NCBI GenBank assembly: GCA_963735805.1
Contig: CAVTMK010000004.1
Location: forward strand, 416,001-480,000
Direction of reading: 5' to 3'
From: an uncultured Verrucomicrobiae bacterium
GTDB taxonomy: Bacteria; Verrucomicrobiota; Verrucomicrobiia; Chthoniobacterales; UBA10450
Length of the DNA: 64,000 nucleotides
The notes beneath the pieces were generated by a model. That model was not told the DNA's origin, searched no databases, and worked only from the letters and a program-made list of their open reading frames with translations. A program made the position numbers and the translations under genes. Positions 1 through 10,102 of this stretch are shown piece after piece. Numbering within the stretch: the first letter of the stretch is position 1; each line of letters begins with the position of its first letter.

Positions 1-748
1 TAAATCAAAGCAAGCCGCGCCAGTCGCCAAGGTTCCGGCGGCGGTAAAGGCAGGCGAAAGCGCACGCATTCAACTGTCCGGAATGCGCAGAGTGATTGCG
101 CAGCGACTGGTCGAAAGCCTCGGCCCGGTTCCACATTTTTACCTCGACATAGTTGTGGACGCCGGTCCCCTCATGGAGGCGCGCGAGGAATTGAAATCTG
201 CGGGCGAGAATGCAGATACGGCGAAAATCACGATAAACGATTTTGTTTTGAAGGCAGCAGTGCAAGCTGCAGTCAAGGTACCGCGAGTGAACGCCTCCTT
301 CGACCGTGACGCGATTGTGCAGTACGCCGATGTCGATCTGGGAATTGCGGTCGCGATTGAAGATGGCCTGTTGACTCCAGTCATTCGGGGCGCGCAAAGT
401 AAATCGCTGCGCGAGATTAGCGAATTGGCAAAGGATTTGGCGCATCGCGCGCGGAACAAACGGATGAAGCCAGAAGAATTTCAGGGCGGCACATTCACCG
501 TTTCAAACCTTGGCGGCATGGGGATCGATAGTTTTTCCGCCGTCATTAATCCGCCGCAAAGTTTCATCCTGGCGGTTGGTCGGATTACAAAAGTTCCTGT
601 CGTGGACGATTGCGACCAAGTCGTGGTGGGCCATCGCATGTCTCTTACCATGAGCTGCGATCACCGCGTGATCGACGGCGCCCTTGGCGCCGAGTATCTA
701 AAAGAACTGCGCCATCTTCTGGAAAATCCGGCGCTGCTTTTGGTCTGA
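1..748 (+). CDS. pdhC: Pyruvate/2-oxoacid dehydrogenase E2 dihydrolipoamide acyltransferase, 3' part (5'-truncated by window)
   Basis: Frame open from base 2 (KSKQAAPVAK..). Catalytic-domain motifs GGTFTVSNLG, AVINPPQ and SCDHRVIDGA (DHR His). Confidence 0.92.
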   Translation, partial: KSKQAAPVAKVPAAVKAGESARIQLSGMRRVIAQRLVESLGPVPHFYLDIVVDAGPLMEAREELKSAGENADTAKITINDFVLKAAVQAAVKVPRVNASFDRDAIVQYADVDLGIAVAIEDGLLTPVIRGAQSKSLREISELAKDLAHRARNKRMKPEEFQGGTFTVSNLGGMGIDSFSAVINPPQSFILAVGRITKVPVVDDCDQVVVGHRMSLTMSCDHRVIDGALGAEYLKELRHLLENPALLLV

Positions 749-760
749 AGCGACCCCTTA

Positions 761-1228
761 CTACCGGGATGGCGGCGTGGTCTCCCACGTCATGAAATCG
801 TCGAGTGTTTGCCGGGTTTTAGCCGCGACAAATTCGACAACGGTCGCGTCATCGACGTAGCCGAGAAATGGAGTCTGGTCGGGAATCAAATCGAACGGAT
901 CAACCAAATAATTAAGACCCGCTACGATCCACAACAAAGCGTCACTCGAAACCTGCTTGTATTCACCACGTTCGTATGAGCGGACCAGTCGCAGCATCGT
1001 CTGAAGATACGGCCAGTTTTCTTTAAATGCGTCCTTGGGCACACTCGCCGCCTTCTTCGCGGCTTGTTCAAAAAGAGCCCGCAGGCCGCCGGAGCCGGCA
1101 ATAGACAATTTTGCGTCGCTGAGAGCCCGGGCAAATGCTTCGCTGCGCAGCGCCGGTTTTTGATAGGAAACGTGCCTTTCGGCGCGCAATTTCTCTTTCT
1201 CCTTTTTCATCGGGTGAGATGAAAGCAT
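761..1228 (-). CDS. YkvA/DUF1232 family protein
   Basis: Signature YLVDPFDLIPD..FLGYVDD. Start may instead be ATG 1210. Confidence 0.85.
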   Translation of the reverse strand: MLSSHPMKKEKEKLRAERHVSYQKPALRSEAFARALSDAKLSIAGSGGLRALFEQAAKKAASVPKDAFKENWPYLQTMLRLVRSYERGEYKQVSSDALLWIVAGLNYLVDPFDLIPDQTPFLGYVDDATVVEFVAAKTRQTLDDFMTWETTPPSR

Positions 1229-1259
1229 TTCACATCGGCGATGAGAAGCCGATTCTTAA

Positions 1260-2285
1260 TCAGGGTTTTGTTGCCAGAATTAACGGCGAAGGTCCCGGTG
1301 CCTGAAGCTTTCGCACTTTCTTGAAGCCAGCCTTTTCGAGCCAGCTCTTGATTTCGTTGAAGCTAAAGGTGTCGCCTTTCTCGGTGTTCACCAGCATTTG
1401 CACGGCAAACATCAGAGAGGGTAGCGGTTTGGTGCGGTCATCGTTCACCAGCCATTCTGCGATTGCGATCGTACCGCCGGATTTGAGCGCGCGAAAAGTC
1501 TTCTTGAGCAACTCGCGGCTGCGTTGTTCGCCTTCGCTATGCAAAATGTGGCCGAGAGTCGCAACGTTGTAGCCGCTGCCAAAGTCCGCCGACAATATGT
1601 CGCTCTCGATATAATTGAAGCGATCGCTGACGCCGAATGTTTGTGTAATTCGTTTCGTGGTCGGGATCATTCCCGGCCAGTCGACTGCGGTGACCCGCAC
1701 TCGCGGCGATTTTTGGGCGAGGGCAATCCCCCAAATGCCTGAACCTGCAGCAAGATCGAGCACGCGAAGTTCGTTTCGCGTCCCCGCCAATTTTAAATGA
1801 TCGCCCAGCTTTTGCGCGGGCGGATAGCTCATTGGAATGATTCTTTCTACCAACTGGCTGAAGAATTCCGTCCCTTCGGTTTCCTGGTTCACTGCAACGG
1901 CCGGACGACCTTCGCGAACGATGTCGGGCAATCGTAGCCAACGTGAGATGATCTGCGGGGCAATCGTCCCGAAGAACCCGGCATGCGTCCCCACTTGGTT
2001 GCTAAGAAGAAAGGCTGCGCTTTCCGGCGTCAGCGAATACTTCTCTTTCCTATCTTTCTTCAGAAGATCCAGACCAACGAGGGCATTCATTAAGATCCGC
2101 AGAGCGCGAGGCGACGCCCCGGTTTGCTCCGCAACCTCCCGCGATGTTTTCGCTCCGTTTTCCAATGAATCGAAAACTTTGTTGCTCACCGCCGCGCTGA
2201 TGATTAGCGGTGGCGCATAAGCGAAGCTCAATTCCATCAAACGTTCGGGCGTGACTTGCTTTTTGCTGCGAGTTTTATTGGACAT
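1260..2285 (-). CDS. Class I SAM-dependent O-methyltransferase with N-terminal dimerisation domain
   Basis: VLDLAAGSG motif I, VTAVDW, GHILH, ALKSGGTIAIAE; N-terminal winged-helix-like region ending YSLT. Confidence 0.88.
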   Translation of the reverse strand: MSNKTRSKKQVTPERLMELSFAYAPPLIISAAVSNKVFDSLENGAKTSREVAEQTGASPRALRILMNALVGLDLLKKDRKEKYSLTPESAAFLLSNQVGTHAGFFGTIAPQIISRWLRLPDIVREGRPAVAVNQETEGTEFFSQLVERIIPMSYPPAQKLGDHLKLAGTRNELRVLDLAAGSGIWGIALAQKSPRVRVTAVDWPGMIPTTKRITQTFGVSDRFNYIESDILSADFGSGYNVATLGHILHSEGEQRSRELLKKTFRALKSGGTIAIAEWLVNDDRTKPLPSLMFAVQMLVNTEKGDTFSFNEIKSWLEKAGFKKVRKLQAPGPSPLILATKP

Positions 2286-2339
2286 ATCAGATTTGAGGTT
2301 TCGAAAAGTAAGATCGAGAAATAGGATTGGGAATCAATT

Positions 2340-3545
2340 GTGACGAAGCATTCTTCTGAACCTCGGGTGGCGCGCCTCGCGGCTGTCTGCAAAACACGCG
2401 AAGAAATGGAAGCGACCGAGCGCCACGTGCTGGCGCCATTTGCCGAAAAATCTGGCGATTCGCGCGGCCGAAAACATTCAGAACCAAGCCATGCCTTTCG
2501 CACTGAATTTCAACGGGACAGGGCGCGTATCATTCATTCTCGTGCATTCCGACGAATGGAATATAAAACCCAGGTCTTCCTGAACGGAACTGGCGATCAC
2601 TTACGCACGCGCTTAACGCATTCGATCGAGGTAGCCTCCATCAGCCGAACCATTGCCCGGGCCTTGTGCTTGAATGAAGATCTGGCGGAAGCAATCGCTC
2701 TTGCGCACGACCTGGGACACGCGCCTTTTGGACATTCGGGCGAAGAAATGCTGGCTGAATGCATGCGGGACCACGGCGGCTTCGATCACAATCGCCAGAG
2801 CGTGCGAGTGGTGGAGTTGCTTGAAGACCCCTATCCAAATTATCCAGGTCTGAACCTGACATTCGAAGTGCGTGAAGGCTTGCGGAAACACGGAGCATTT
2901 CATGAGATGGAAGAACTGCCGGCATCCCAGGCGCGCACTACTTTACAAGGCTATCGTTGTCCATCGCTGGAGGCGCAGGTGGCGGACCTGGCGGACGAGA
3001 TCACTTATTATAGTCATGATTTGGATGACGCAGTCGATTTTGAAATTCTGAATCCGGCACAACTGGGAAAAAACGAGGTCTGGCGCCGGAGCTTGCGGGC
3101 TGTGCTAGCGCGCTACCCTGACACTCGGGAGCCCGAACTGCACAAGCTAATCATTGGAGACATCATCGACACGGAAGTGCGCGATCTGGTTTCGACCAGC
3201 GCAAAATCCATTGCGGATGCCGGGATGCAAAGCCCGGATCAAGCACGCCAGCAGCCGGTGCCTCTGATTCGCTATAGCGATGATTTGTTCCAGGCGAATC
3301 GCGATTTACGGAAATTTTTGTACCAAAATGTTTATTACGATCCGCGCGTCTCGGAAGTCAATCGGCGCGCATGCGAAATGCTGCGGCAGGTTTTCCAGGT
3401 GTACCTGGCGGATCCTGACAAACTGGGCGAGACGGCGGCGAAACGAATCGGAACTGAGGGATTGCATCGCACCGTATGCGATTATATCGCGGGCATGACG
3501 GATCGATATTTGATGGAAGAACACGCGCGGATTGGAGCTCTGTAA
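2340..3545 (+). CDS. dgt: dGTP triphosphohydrolase (HD superfamily)
   Basis: FQRDRARIIHS..FRRM.YKTQVF, RTRLTHSIEV, HDLGHAPFGHSGE, DYIAGMTD. Confidence 0.95.
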   Translation: MTKHSSEPRVARLAAVCKTREEMEATERHVLAPFAEKSGDSRGRKHSEPSHAFRTEFQRDRARIIHSRAFRRMEYKTQVFLNGTGDHLRTRLTHSIEVASISRTIARALCLNEDLAEAIALAHDLGHAPFGHSGEEMLAECMRDHGGFDHNRQSVRVVELLEDPYPNYPGLNLTFEVREGLRKHGAFHEMEELPASQARTTLQGYRCPSLEAQVADLADEITYYSHDLDDAVDFEILNPAQLGKNEVWRRSLRAVLARYPDTREPELHKLIIGDIIDTEVRDLVSTSAKSIADAGMQSPDQARQQPVPLIRYSDDLFQANRDLRKFLYQNVYYDPRVSEVNRRACEMLRQVFQVYLADPDKLGETAAKRIGTEGLHRTVCDYIAGMTDRYLMEEHARIGAL

Positions 3546-3650
3546 CCGACTTGCCGTGCAACGCACAGCCGGGTGTGTTTTGTGTACCCCGCGCGTCTCA
3601 ACACGCTTCGTCAAGGTTGTGGCTTGGCGAGCAGAGAGATGCAGATGGCG

Positions 3651-4283
3651 TTATGCGGCCGCGCTTCCGTTTTCTTCTCGAAGATACTGAATCACCAACC
3701 GCAGCCGTTTATTAATTGACAGCTCCTCGAGGACGCGTTGACGACGAAGCGGATCACTCACAAACGTTGAGGCGACTAAATCGGCGAGCAATTCAGGGTC
3801 GCTCAAATCGGCAAGGTACCGGTCTACCTTGGGTGGCAGCTGCCGTGGTCCATCTCCTTTGAGGTTCGAATAAAGTTCCAGCACTTTCGCCGCGAGCGCT
3901 TCGGTTTCCACAGACATGACGGAGTCGGACTCCAGCGACTCGATCGTCGCAATCGGGAAAGGCGACTCCTGTCGGAAAGCACTAAATCTGACACGTTCCA
4001 GTCCCTGGAGAATTAAGTTCGATGTGCCGTCGCTTCGATCCACGCATGCCCGAATGAGGCCGACGGTGGCGATGTGAAAGAAGTCAGCGGTCGAATCCCA
4101 ATCGATGCAATCCGGCCTCAGCAACGCGACGCAGAACATACGGTGATGAGCGAGGGCGTGCTTTAACATTTCGCGATAGCGCGGCTCAAAGATATGAAGC
4201 GGCAGCAGGGCATGCGGGAAAAGCAGGGCGCCAGGCAACGGCATAACTGGGACTCGTGTTGGGAGGGTTACGGATGACGACAT
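3651..4283 (-). CDS. Stand-alone Lon protease substrate-binding (N-terminal) domain protein
   Basis: PVMPLPGALLFP..LPLHIFEPRYREM, G.SNLILQGLERVR; no AAA+ or protease domain. Confidence 0.88.
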   Translation of the reverse strand: MSSSVTLPTRVPVMPLPGALLFPHALLPLHIFEPRYREMLKHALAHHRMFCVALLRPDCIDWDSTADFFHIATVGLIRACVDRSDGTSNLILQGLERVRFSAFRQESPFPIATIESLESDSVMSVETEALAAKVLELYSNLKGDGPRQLPPKVDRYLADLSDPELLADLVASTFVSDPLRRQRVLEELSINKRLRLVIQYLREENGSAAA

Positions 4284-4376
4284 AGCACGTTTTTTTTGTA
4301 CGATATATGCGTTGGAGAAAGAGCAAAGCGATCGGACCGTAATTCGTCGTGCGTTAAAACGCTGATGATTTACGCT

Positions 4377-5099
4377 TCAATGTGGCGGAGCTATTCCGAA
4401 CGCGCGAAGCTGATCAAGCGACATCTGTCCCTCGATGTCACTTCGGCCCAGTGAAACGTATACAAGGGCCGATCCAGAACAGGCGAGAAGCAGACGCGAA
4501 GCTGTGCCGAGCTCGCCGATCCCCATCGCGCTTACGGGAATGTCAACATGCTTGCCCGTAGCGAAGTCGATCAAACGCGTCAGTTGCGCCGGAGTATCGG
4601 TGCGTGTTGCCAGCTTAAAAATGTCCGCACCATGTGTTTTTGCCGCGTGCGCTTGAGCTCTTAATCGACTGGGAGAGGGGGTGCTTTTTAGGTGATGCGC
4701 GGAAATGATTCGGCGCACCTTTTGCCGTCGAGCTAGCCGAAGAAGCGAACTGAAAGCGGGCGCTGACCGCAATTCGATATCGATATAACGGGCCCGGGAC
4801 AGGAATCGGAAAAGGAGATCATGTCGCTGCAACGCCGATAATCGATTTGCGCCGCCTTCCATCGGATGCCGCGCGGTGATAATAAACGGCGCGCGCAACT
4901 TCGAAATTTTGGTCTCCAATCGGTTAATCACACCCGCCGCGCCCTGGCCCTGAGAAGGCCGGCGCACAAGACGATCCAGTCGCAGTTCAAACAAATCCGG
5001 TGGGTCGGCGATACGAATTGCGAGATCGAGCTCGGTGGGCGACGAGATAACACCCACTACACGAGGTCGCCCACGGCGATACTTCCCGGAACGATTCAA
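4377..5099 (-). CDS. aroD: Type I 3-dehydroquinate dehydratase
   Basis: ELRLD, ITARHPMEGG, YIDIEL, IISAH, ADIFKLA (Schiff-base Lys), AMG..G..SRL. Start uncertain. Confidence 0.85.
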   Translation of the reverse strand: MNRSGKYRRGRPRVVGVISSPTELDLAIRIADPPDLFELRLDRLVRRPSQGQGAAGVINRLETKISKLRAPFIITARHPMEGGANRLSALQRHDLLFRFLSRARYIDIELRSAPAFSSLLRLARRQKVRRIISAHHLKSTPSPSRLRAQAHAAKTHGADIFKLATRTDTPAQLTRLIDFATGKHVDIPVSAMGIGELGTASRLLLACSGSALVYVSLGRSDIEGQMSLDQLRAFGIAPPH

Positions 5100-5134
5100 C
5101 GGGTCAACGTTTTACCGATTTAACGTCGCAACGC
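5095..5134. repeat. Degenerate octamer tandem repeat (consensus TTTAACGA)
   Basis: ttcaacgg gtcaacgt tttaccga tttaacgt cgcaacgc; overlaps the ribE stop and the predicted aroD start. Confidence 0.5.
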
Positions 5135-5713
5135 GAGCATTCTTTCAACGTACTTGGCGAGAATGTCGAATTCGAGATTCAACGGATCACCAATTTGTGC
5201 CTTGTCTAGATTGGTGTGCGTTTTCGTGTAAGGAATGACCCACGCGACGAGACTTTTCGGAAGAATTTCGGCGACCGTAAGACTGATTCCATTTACCGCA
5301 ATCGAGCCCTTAGACACGACATAATGGCCGAACACCTCCGGCAACTCGATTTCCAACCGAAAATCGACGCCACTTTTCTGATAGGCTATGATTGGGGCAA
5401 CACAATCGATATGTCCTTGGATGAAATGTCCGCCAAAGCGCTGCGTCGCAGACAGAGCGAGCTCAAGATTTACCGGTTGCTTCAACCGCATTTTTTTTAG
5501 ATTTGTTCGAGCCACAGTCTCTTCCAAAAGATCGAAAATTAACTGGTCTCCGCGCCGCGAGCTTAGCGTGAGACAACAACCGTTAACGGCGATACTGTCG
5601 CCCGGTCGTATCTTTTTCGCGACAAGGGGAGCGGCAATTTTCAATTGATTAGCGTTTTTGCTTGCACCGACTGCGGTTACATTGCCGACTTCTTCAATCA
5701 AACCGGTGAACAT
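5120..5713 (-). CDS. ribE: Riboflavin synthase (alpha chain)
   Basis: MFTGLIEE start, GDSIAVNGCCLT, GGHFIQGHID, KGSIAVNGISLTV, NLEFDILAKY. Confidence 0.96.
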   Translation of the reverse strand: MFTGLIEEVGNVTAVGASKNANQLKIAAPLVAKKIRPGDSIAVNGCCLTLSSRRGDQLIFDLLEETVARTNLKKMRLKQPVNLELALSATQRFGGHFIQGHIDCVAPIIAYQKSGVDFRLEIELPEVFGHYVVSKGSIAVNGISLTVAEILPKSLVAWVIPYTKTHTNLDKAQIGDPLNLEFDILAKYVERMLALRR

Positions 5714-5789
5714 GATAAGTTGTAGAGCTTGATTCGTTAGATACCTACACGGTTACATCGGATTTAGGTTTTAACGAGGGGAAGCATTC

Positions 5790-7094
5790 GTGGTTAGAAA
5801 AATCCAGCCACCCATTTTCCAGCACTTTTTCCGCACCGAGACGGTTGGCGGATCAGTGTTGCTACTGTTCGCAATTGCTGCGCTTGTGCTGGCCAATTCT
5901 CCGCTTGCCGATGCGTATGAGCATTTTTGGCAGATACGGGTAACAGTGGGAATCGTAGAACATCCGTTGTCGCTGACGCTCCATGATTGGATCAACGATG
6001 GCCTGATGGCGATGTTCTTTCTGTTGGTGGGCTTGGAAATCAAGCGCGAGCTAATCGTCGGAGAACTGGCGTCGGTGAACAAAGCCGCGCTTCCTATCGC
6101 GTGCGCCATAGGCGGCATGATTGTGCCGGCTGCGATCTATTTATTGTGCAACATGACCGGGTTTGGCGCTCGGGGTTGGGGCATTCCAGTGGCAACGGAC
6201 ATTGCTTTCGCTCTTGGGGCACTCGCGCTAATTGCTCCCAACGCGCCGGTCGGCGCCCGGATATTTCTCGTTGCGCTTGCGATCGTTGACGACATGGGAG
6301 CGGTCCTGGTCATTGCGATCTTCTATTCGCAAACAATCGCGTGGAGCGCTTTGGCTGGAGCGGCTGTAATGGTTGCTATCCTGATTGGATTCAACGCGGT
6401 CGGAGTCCGCCGTTTGTGGCCATACTTGCTCGCGGGAATTGTGCTCTGGTACTTCGTGCACGAATCCGGCGTGCACGCCACGGTGGCTGGCGTAGCGCTT
6501 GCGTTTACGATTCCGATGCACACGAGGATCAATGCGGTAGAATTCTCGCGCAAGGCGCGGGGACTCCTGAATCGATTCGATCGCACTGAGAGCGGAGATC
6601 TTCTTGTTCTAACCAGCAAGGGACAACAGGAAGCTCTCTTTGCGCTTGAGCATACGAGCAAAGCTGTCACCGCGCCGATTTTGCGTCTCGAACACGCGCT
6701 TCACAACTTCTCAGCGTTTGTCGTGATGCCCCTCTTCGCATTTGCCAATGCAGGCGTCAGGATCGGTGGCCCGCTCCAGCATGCCGAAGTCGCGTTTGGA
6801 ATAGTGCTCGGGCTTGTGATTGGCAAGCCGATCGGCATTACGGCTGCAGCGTTTGGCGCAGTCAAATCGGGAATCGCCGAACTTCCACGCGGCGTCGGAT
6901 GGGGGTCTCTGCTCGGTTACGCCTGCCTGGCAGGGATCGGTTTTACGATGTCGCTATTTATCGCTATGCTTGCATTCGATGAGACTGGGCCAGGTAACAC
7001 GGCAAAGTCAGGGATCCTTGCGGGGTCGGTTTTGGCAGGGATCGTGGGAGCGATTATTCTGAGGGTTGCCACTGGTTTTCGCAACGATGAATAG
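5790..7094 (+). CDS. nhaA: Na+/H+ antiporter NhaA
   Basis: WINDGLMAMFF..GLEIKRE, GWGIPVATDIAF, LAIVDD, SGVHAT, GIGFTMSLFI. Confidence 0.96.
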   Translation: MVRKIQPPIFQHFFRTETVGGSVLLLFAIAALVLANSPLADAYEHFWQIRVTVGIVEHPLSLTLHDWINDGLMAMFFLLVGLEIKRELIVGELASVNKAALPIACAIGGMIVPAAIYLLCNMTGFGARGWGIPVATDIAFALGALALIAPNAPVGARIFLVALAIVDDMGAVLVIAIFYSQTIAWSALAGAAVMVAILIGFNAVGVRRLWPYLLAGIVLWYFVHESGVHATVAGVALAFTIPMHTRINAVEFSRKARGLLNRFDRTESGDLLVLTSKGQQEALFALEHTSKAVTAPILRLEHALHNFSAFVVMPLFAFANAGVRIGGPLQHAEVAFGIVLGLVIGKPIGITAAAFGAVKSGIAELPRGVGWGSLLGYACLAGIGFTMSLFIAMLAFDETGPGNTAKSGILAGSVLAGIVGAIILRVATGFRNDE

Positions 7095-7152
7095 GTCTCA
7101 TCCGGCTCCTGCGGCGCATACGTCATGTGGGGAGCACGGCCTCCCTCTGAGG

Positions 7153-10032
7153 ATGCCTGTTGCAATTCTCTCTGCCGTTCTCTTCCTGTCTGGAATGGGC
7201 GCGCTGACCTTCGAGACGCTCTGGCTGAGGTTAAGCGGCCTTGCCTTTGGCAACTCGATCTGGGCCGCGGCGTTGATTCTTTCTAGTTTCATGGCAGGCC
7301 TGGCGCTGGGAAATGCGATCGCCGCATCATCGAGAATTCGGCGATGGCGAGCGCTTCATCTTTATGCTTTTCTGGAAGTGCTGGTTGCTCTGCTTGGTTG
7401 CACGATTGTTTTTGGTCTTCCGCTGCTTGGCGAAGTGTTGCGACCCGTATGGCAAATTCTGTGGAATTCTCAGCCCACACTTCTCGGGCTGCGGTTTGTC
7501 TTGTCTTTCCTAATTCTACTTATGCCGACAACTGCGATGGGTTTGACGCTTCCGGTGCTGATCGAAGATCCAATGTTGCGTCAAACCAATTTTGGACGCG
7601 CGATCGGGTTTCTGTACGGCTCGAATACTTTGGGCGCGGTGGCTGGTGCTGTGCTTGGTGAAGGTTATCTCATAGCGGCTTTCGGGCTTCGAGGCACTAG
7701 TGTGGTTGCAGGTTTGGTCAGTTGTATTGCCGCAGCGGTTGCATTGTTCGTAGCGAAATGGCATGGGGGCGGCAGCACTTATTCTTTGCAGCGGACGTTT
7801 CCACTCCAGGTGAATGTGGGGTATCGGCCGCCTTGGCGTCTCCTTTTCGTGAGCTTTGGGACGGGCGGTCTTTTACTCGCCCTGGAAGTAATTTGGTTTC
7901 GGTTTCTGCGACTATACGTCCCGTCATGTTCGACGGTCTTCGCCGTGATGCTCGCAGTTGTGCTCGGGGGAATTGGGCTCGGGAGCGTACTGGCCAGCCT
8001 GATACACCAACGCTCGGTGCACCTGGATCGGCTGCTTCCTATCCTGTTATCGGTTGCCGCGATCCTGGTGTTGCTGTCGTACTGGTTATTTCCGAGTGCG
8101 TTGGTTCCAGCATCCGTCGCAGTATTTGACCTCAGTTGGTGGCGGATCACGCTGCTATCCGCCGGTTTAATGTTTCCGGTGGCGTTCGTTTCGGGAATCC
8201 TGTTTCCATCCATCGCCACAAGTGTGCAAGCCGCTGTTGGCGACCGGATGAACAGCACTGGGATCGCCACTCTGTTTAATACGATGGGCGCAGCGCTCGG
8301 TCCGCTCCTGGCAAGTTTCGTCCTTTTGCCAGTAATCGGCTATCAGTGGAGTCTGATTGCATGCGCCGCAGGCTATGCGCTGCTGAGCATTGTGGCGGCC
8401 TTTGCAACGCGGCGACCGGAGCCCGCTTCGAAAAGGTGGACATTGCCGAACGCTCCAAAGCTCAGCGTCGCCTCCAGCGTTCTAATTGGTCTCTGGATTG
8501 TTCTGGCTTTCGTGCTTGCAATTTTTCCCTATCGACGCGCCGAGACGCACTTTGCGCATGCGAGTCGTCCTTACGAAACGCAAAGCGAGGGACAGCTGTT
8601 GGCGCGCACCGTAAAGCGGATCGAGGGCACCTCGGATACGTGGCAACTACTCCGGCGCGATCTTGCCGGCGAACCATATTACTACCGGCTCCTATGCAAC
8701 GCGTTCTCAATGTCGGCCACCAATCCGCCCGGCCAGCGTTACATGAGATTGTTTGCATATCTTCCGCTGGCTTTTCGTCCCGAATCACAAAACGTTTTAC
8801 TGATCTGCTACGGATGTGGCATCACAGCCGACGCGCTTCTTGACGGACCAAACGTCAAGCAAATGGACGTGGTGGATATTTCAAAAGAAGTATTTCGCCT
8901 GGCCGATTCCTATTCTGGAATCGGTTATACCAATCCGCTGCACGATCCACGGGCGACTACATTTATTCAGGACGGCCGTTTCTTTCTTCAAGCCGCCCCG
9001 CGCCAATACGACATCATTTCTGGCGAACCGCCTCCGCCGAAAAATGCGGGCTCGGTCAATCTTTACAGCAGGGAATTTTTTTCTCTGATGAAAGGGCGCC
9101 TCAAGGAAGGTGGAATTGCGACCTTTTGGCTACCGCTGGACCAACTAAAGCTGAATGAGGCAAAAGCCATTCTTCGCGCGTTTCACGATGTGTTTTCGAA
9201 TGCATCGGTGTGGGGAAGCGCCGATGAGAATTGGATCATGATGGGCATCAAAGGCCCCGGGCGCAAGGTGAACGAAGAGGAGTTGCGGCGATTGTGGAGC
9301 GATTCGGCGGCCGGCCCGGATTTAAGACGCATTGGCATCGAGGTCCCACAGCAGCTGGCCGCATTGTTTTTGATGGACGCTGACGAGATCGATCGCGTTA
9401 CGCGGAACGTCGCGCCGCTGACAGACAATTATCCAAAGCGATTGAGCGATGCGCCGTGGGATGAGAAAGAGAATTTTGAGTTCGCCGCGAGTTACATGGA
9501 GCCATCATCCGTCGCAGAACGCTTTCAAGGGTCGCCGCTGATCAACCGCATCTGGCCGGAGGGACTAAGTACTTCCCTGAAGTCCCTTTTCGCCGTTCGT
9601 GAGACCCGGTTCCTTTCGGAAACGGTTGGTAGCAACAAGCTGGCAGAACTCGATCTTTTTTTACGCAGCACGCGGCTGCGCATCCCAGTCTTGGAAACGC
9701 TGGGTAGCGACGAACAACGACTTGCCATCGCGCAGCGAGTCGCGCGCGAAGCGGGATCGCCGCCGGAAGAAATTGTACCGGACCTCATTGCCGGCGCGGT
9801 TGCACAACGCAATTTGGATGAAGCGATTCGGCTTCTGGAAAGTCAGAAAGATCGCGGGACGTTAGGTGTTCGTGAAACCTTGCTGCTGACGTATCTCTAC
9901 TGCTTGAATGCCAACGTGGCTAAAGCCGAAGCGCTCGTCGCTGCAAATTCCGCATTGATCAATAAGGATTCGTCGGCCGATTGGCTATGGAAAAAATTGG
10001 AATCCGATTTCGGATTCCATCTGCCAAATTAG
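7153..10032 (+). CDS. Multi-TM membrane protein fused to a spermidine-synthase-like (dc)SAM-binding domain
   Basis: Two repeated hydrophobic modules (LYGSNTLGAVAG / LFNTMGAALG) followed by VLLICYGCG, VVDIS, QDGRFFL, YDIISGEPPPP, LKEGG. Alternative start ATG 7087 overlapping nhaA. Confidence 0.8.
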   Translation: MPVAILSAVLFLSGMGALTFETLWLRLSGLAFGNSIWAAALILSSFMAGLALGNAIAASSRIRRWRALHLYAFLEVLVALLGCTIVFGLPLLGEVLRPVWQILWNSQPTLLGLRFVLSFLILLMPTTAMGLTLPVLIEDPMLRQTNFGRAIGFLYGSNTLGAVAGAVLGEGYLIAAFGLRGTSVVAGLVSCIAAAVALFVAKWHGGGSTYSLQRTFPLQVNVGYRPPWRLLFVSFGTGGLLLALEVIWFRFLRLYVPSCSTVFAVMLAVVLGGIGLGSVLASLIHQRSVHLDRLLPILLSVAAILVLLSYWLFPSALVPASVAVFDLSWWRITLLSAGLMFPVAFVSGILFPSIATSVQAAVGDRMNSTGIATLFNTMGAALGPLLASFVLLPVIGYQWSLIACAAGYALLSIVAAFATRRPEPASKRWTLPNAPKLSVASSVLIGLWIVLAFVLAIFPYRRAETHFAHASRPYETQSEGQLLARTVKRIEGTSDTWQLLRRDLAGEPYYYRLLCNAFSMSATNPPGQRYMRLFAYLPLAFRPESQNVLLICYGCGITADALLDGPNVKQMDVVDISKEVFRLADSYSGIGYTNPLHDPRATTFIQDGRFFLQAAPRQYDIISGEPPPPKNAGSVNLYSREFFSLMKGRLKEGGIATFWLPLDQLKLNEAKAILRAFHDVFSNASVWGSADENWIMMGIKGPGRKVNEEELRRLWSDSAAGPDLRRIGIEVPQQLAALFLMDADEIDRVTRNVAPLTDNYPKRLSDAPWDEKENFEFAASYMEPSSVAERFQGSPLINRIWPEGLSTSLKSLFAVRETRFLSETVGSNKLAELDLFLRSTRLRIPVLETLGSDEQRLAIAQRVAREAGSPPEEIVPDLIAGAVAQRNLDEAIRLLESQKDRGTLGVRETLLLTYLYCLNANVAKAEALVAANSALINKDSSADWLWKKLESDFGFHLPN

Positions 10033-10102
10033 AAGTCGGCAAATGGCAATCAACCCAAGCTCACATGACCATCGCGCCGACGTAATGGGAATCCGCGTTT
10101 AA

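Noticed and set aside
2340..3545. dGTPase as an antiphage defence gene
   Set aside because: Housekeeping context with no defence-island neighbours; looks like ordinary Dgt.
4930..4970. Possible palindrome-derived insert in aroD (RRPSQGQGAAG)
   Set aside because: The hairpin is only 4-5 bp with no GTAG/GGAG end; too weak without an ortholog alignment.
5714..5789. FMN riboswitch upstream of ribE
   Set aside because: The 76-nt gap is too short and has no RFN consensus.
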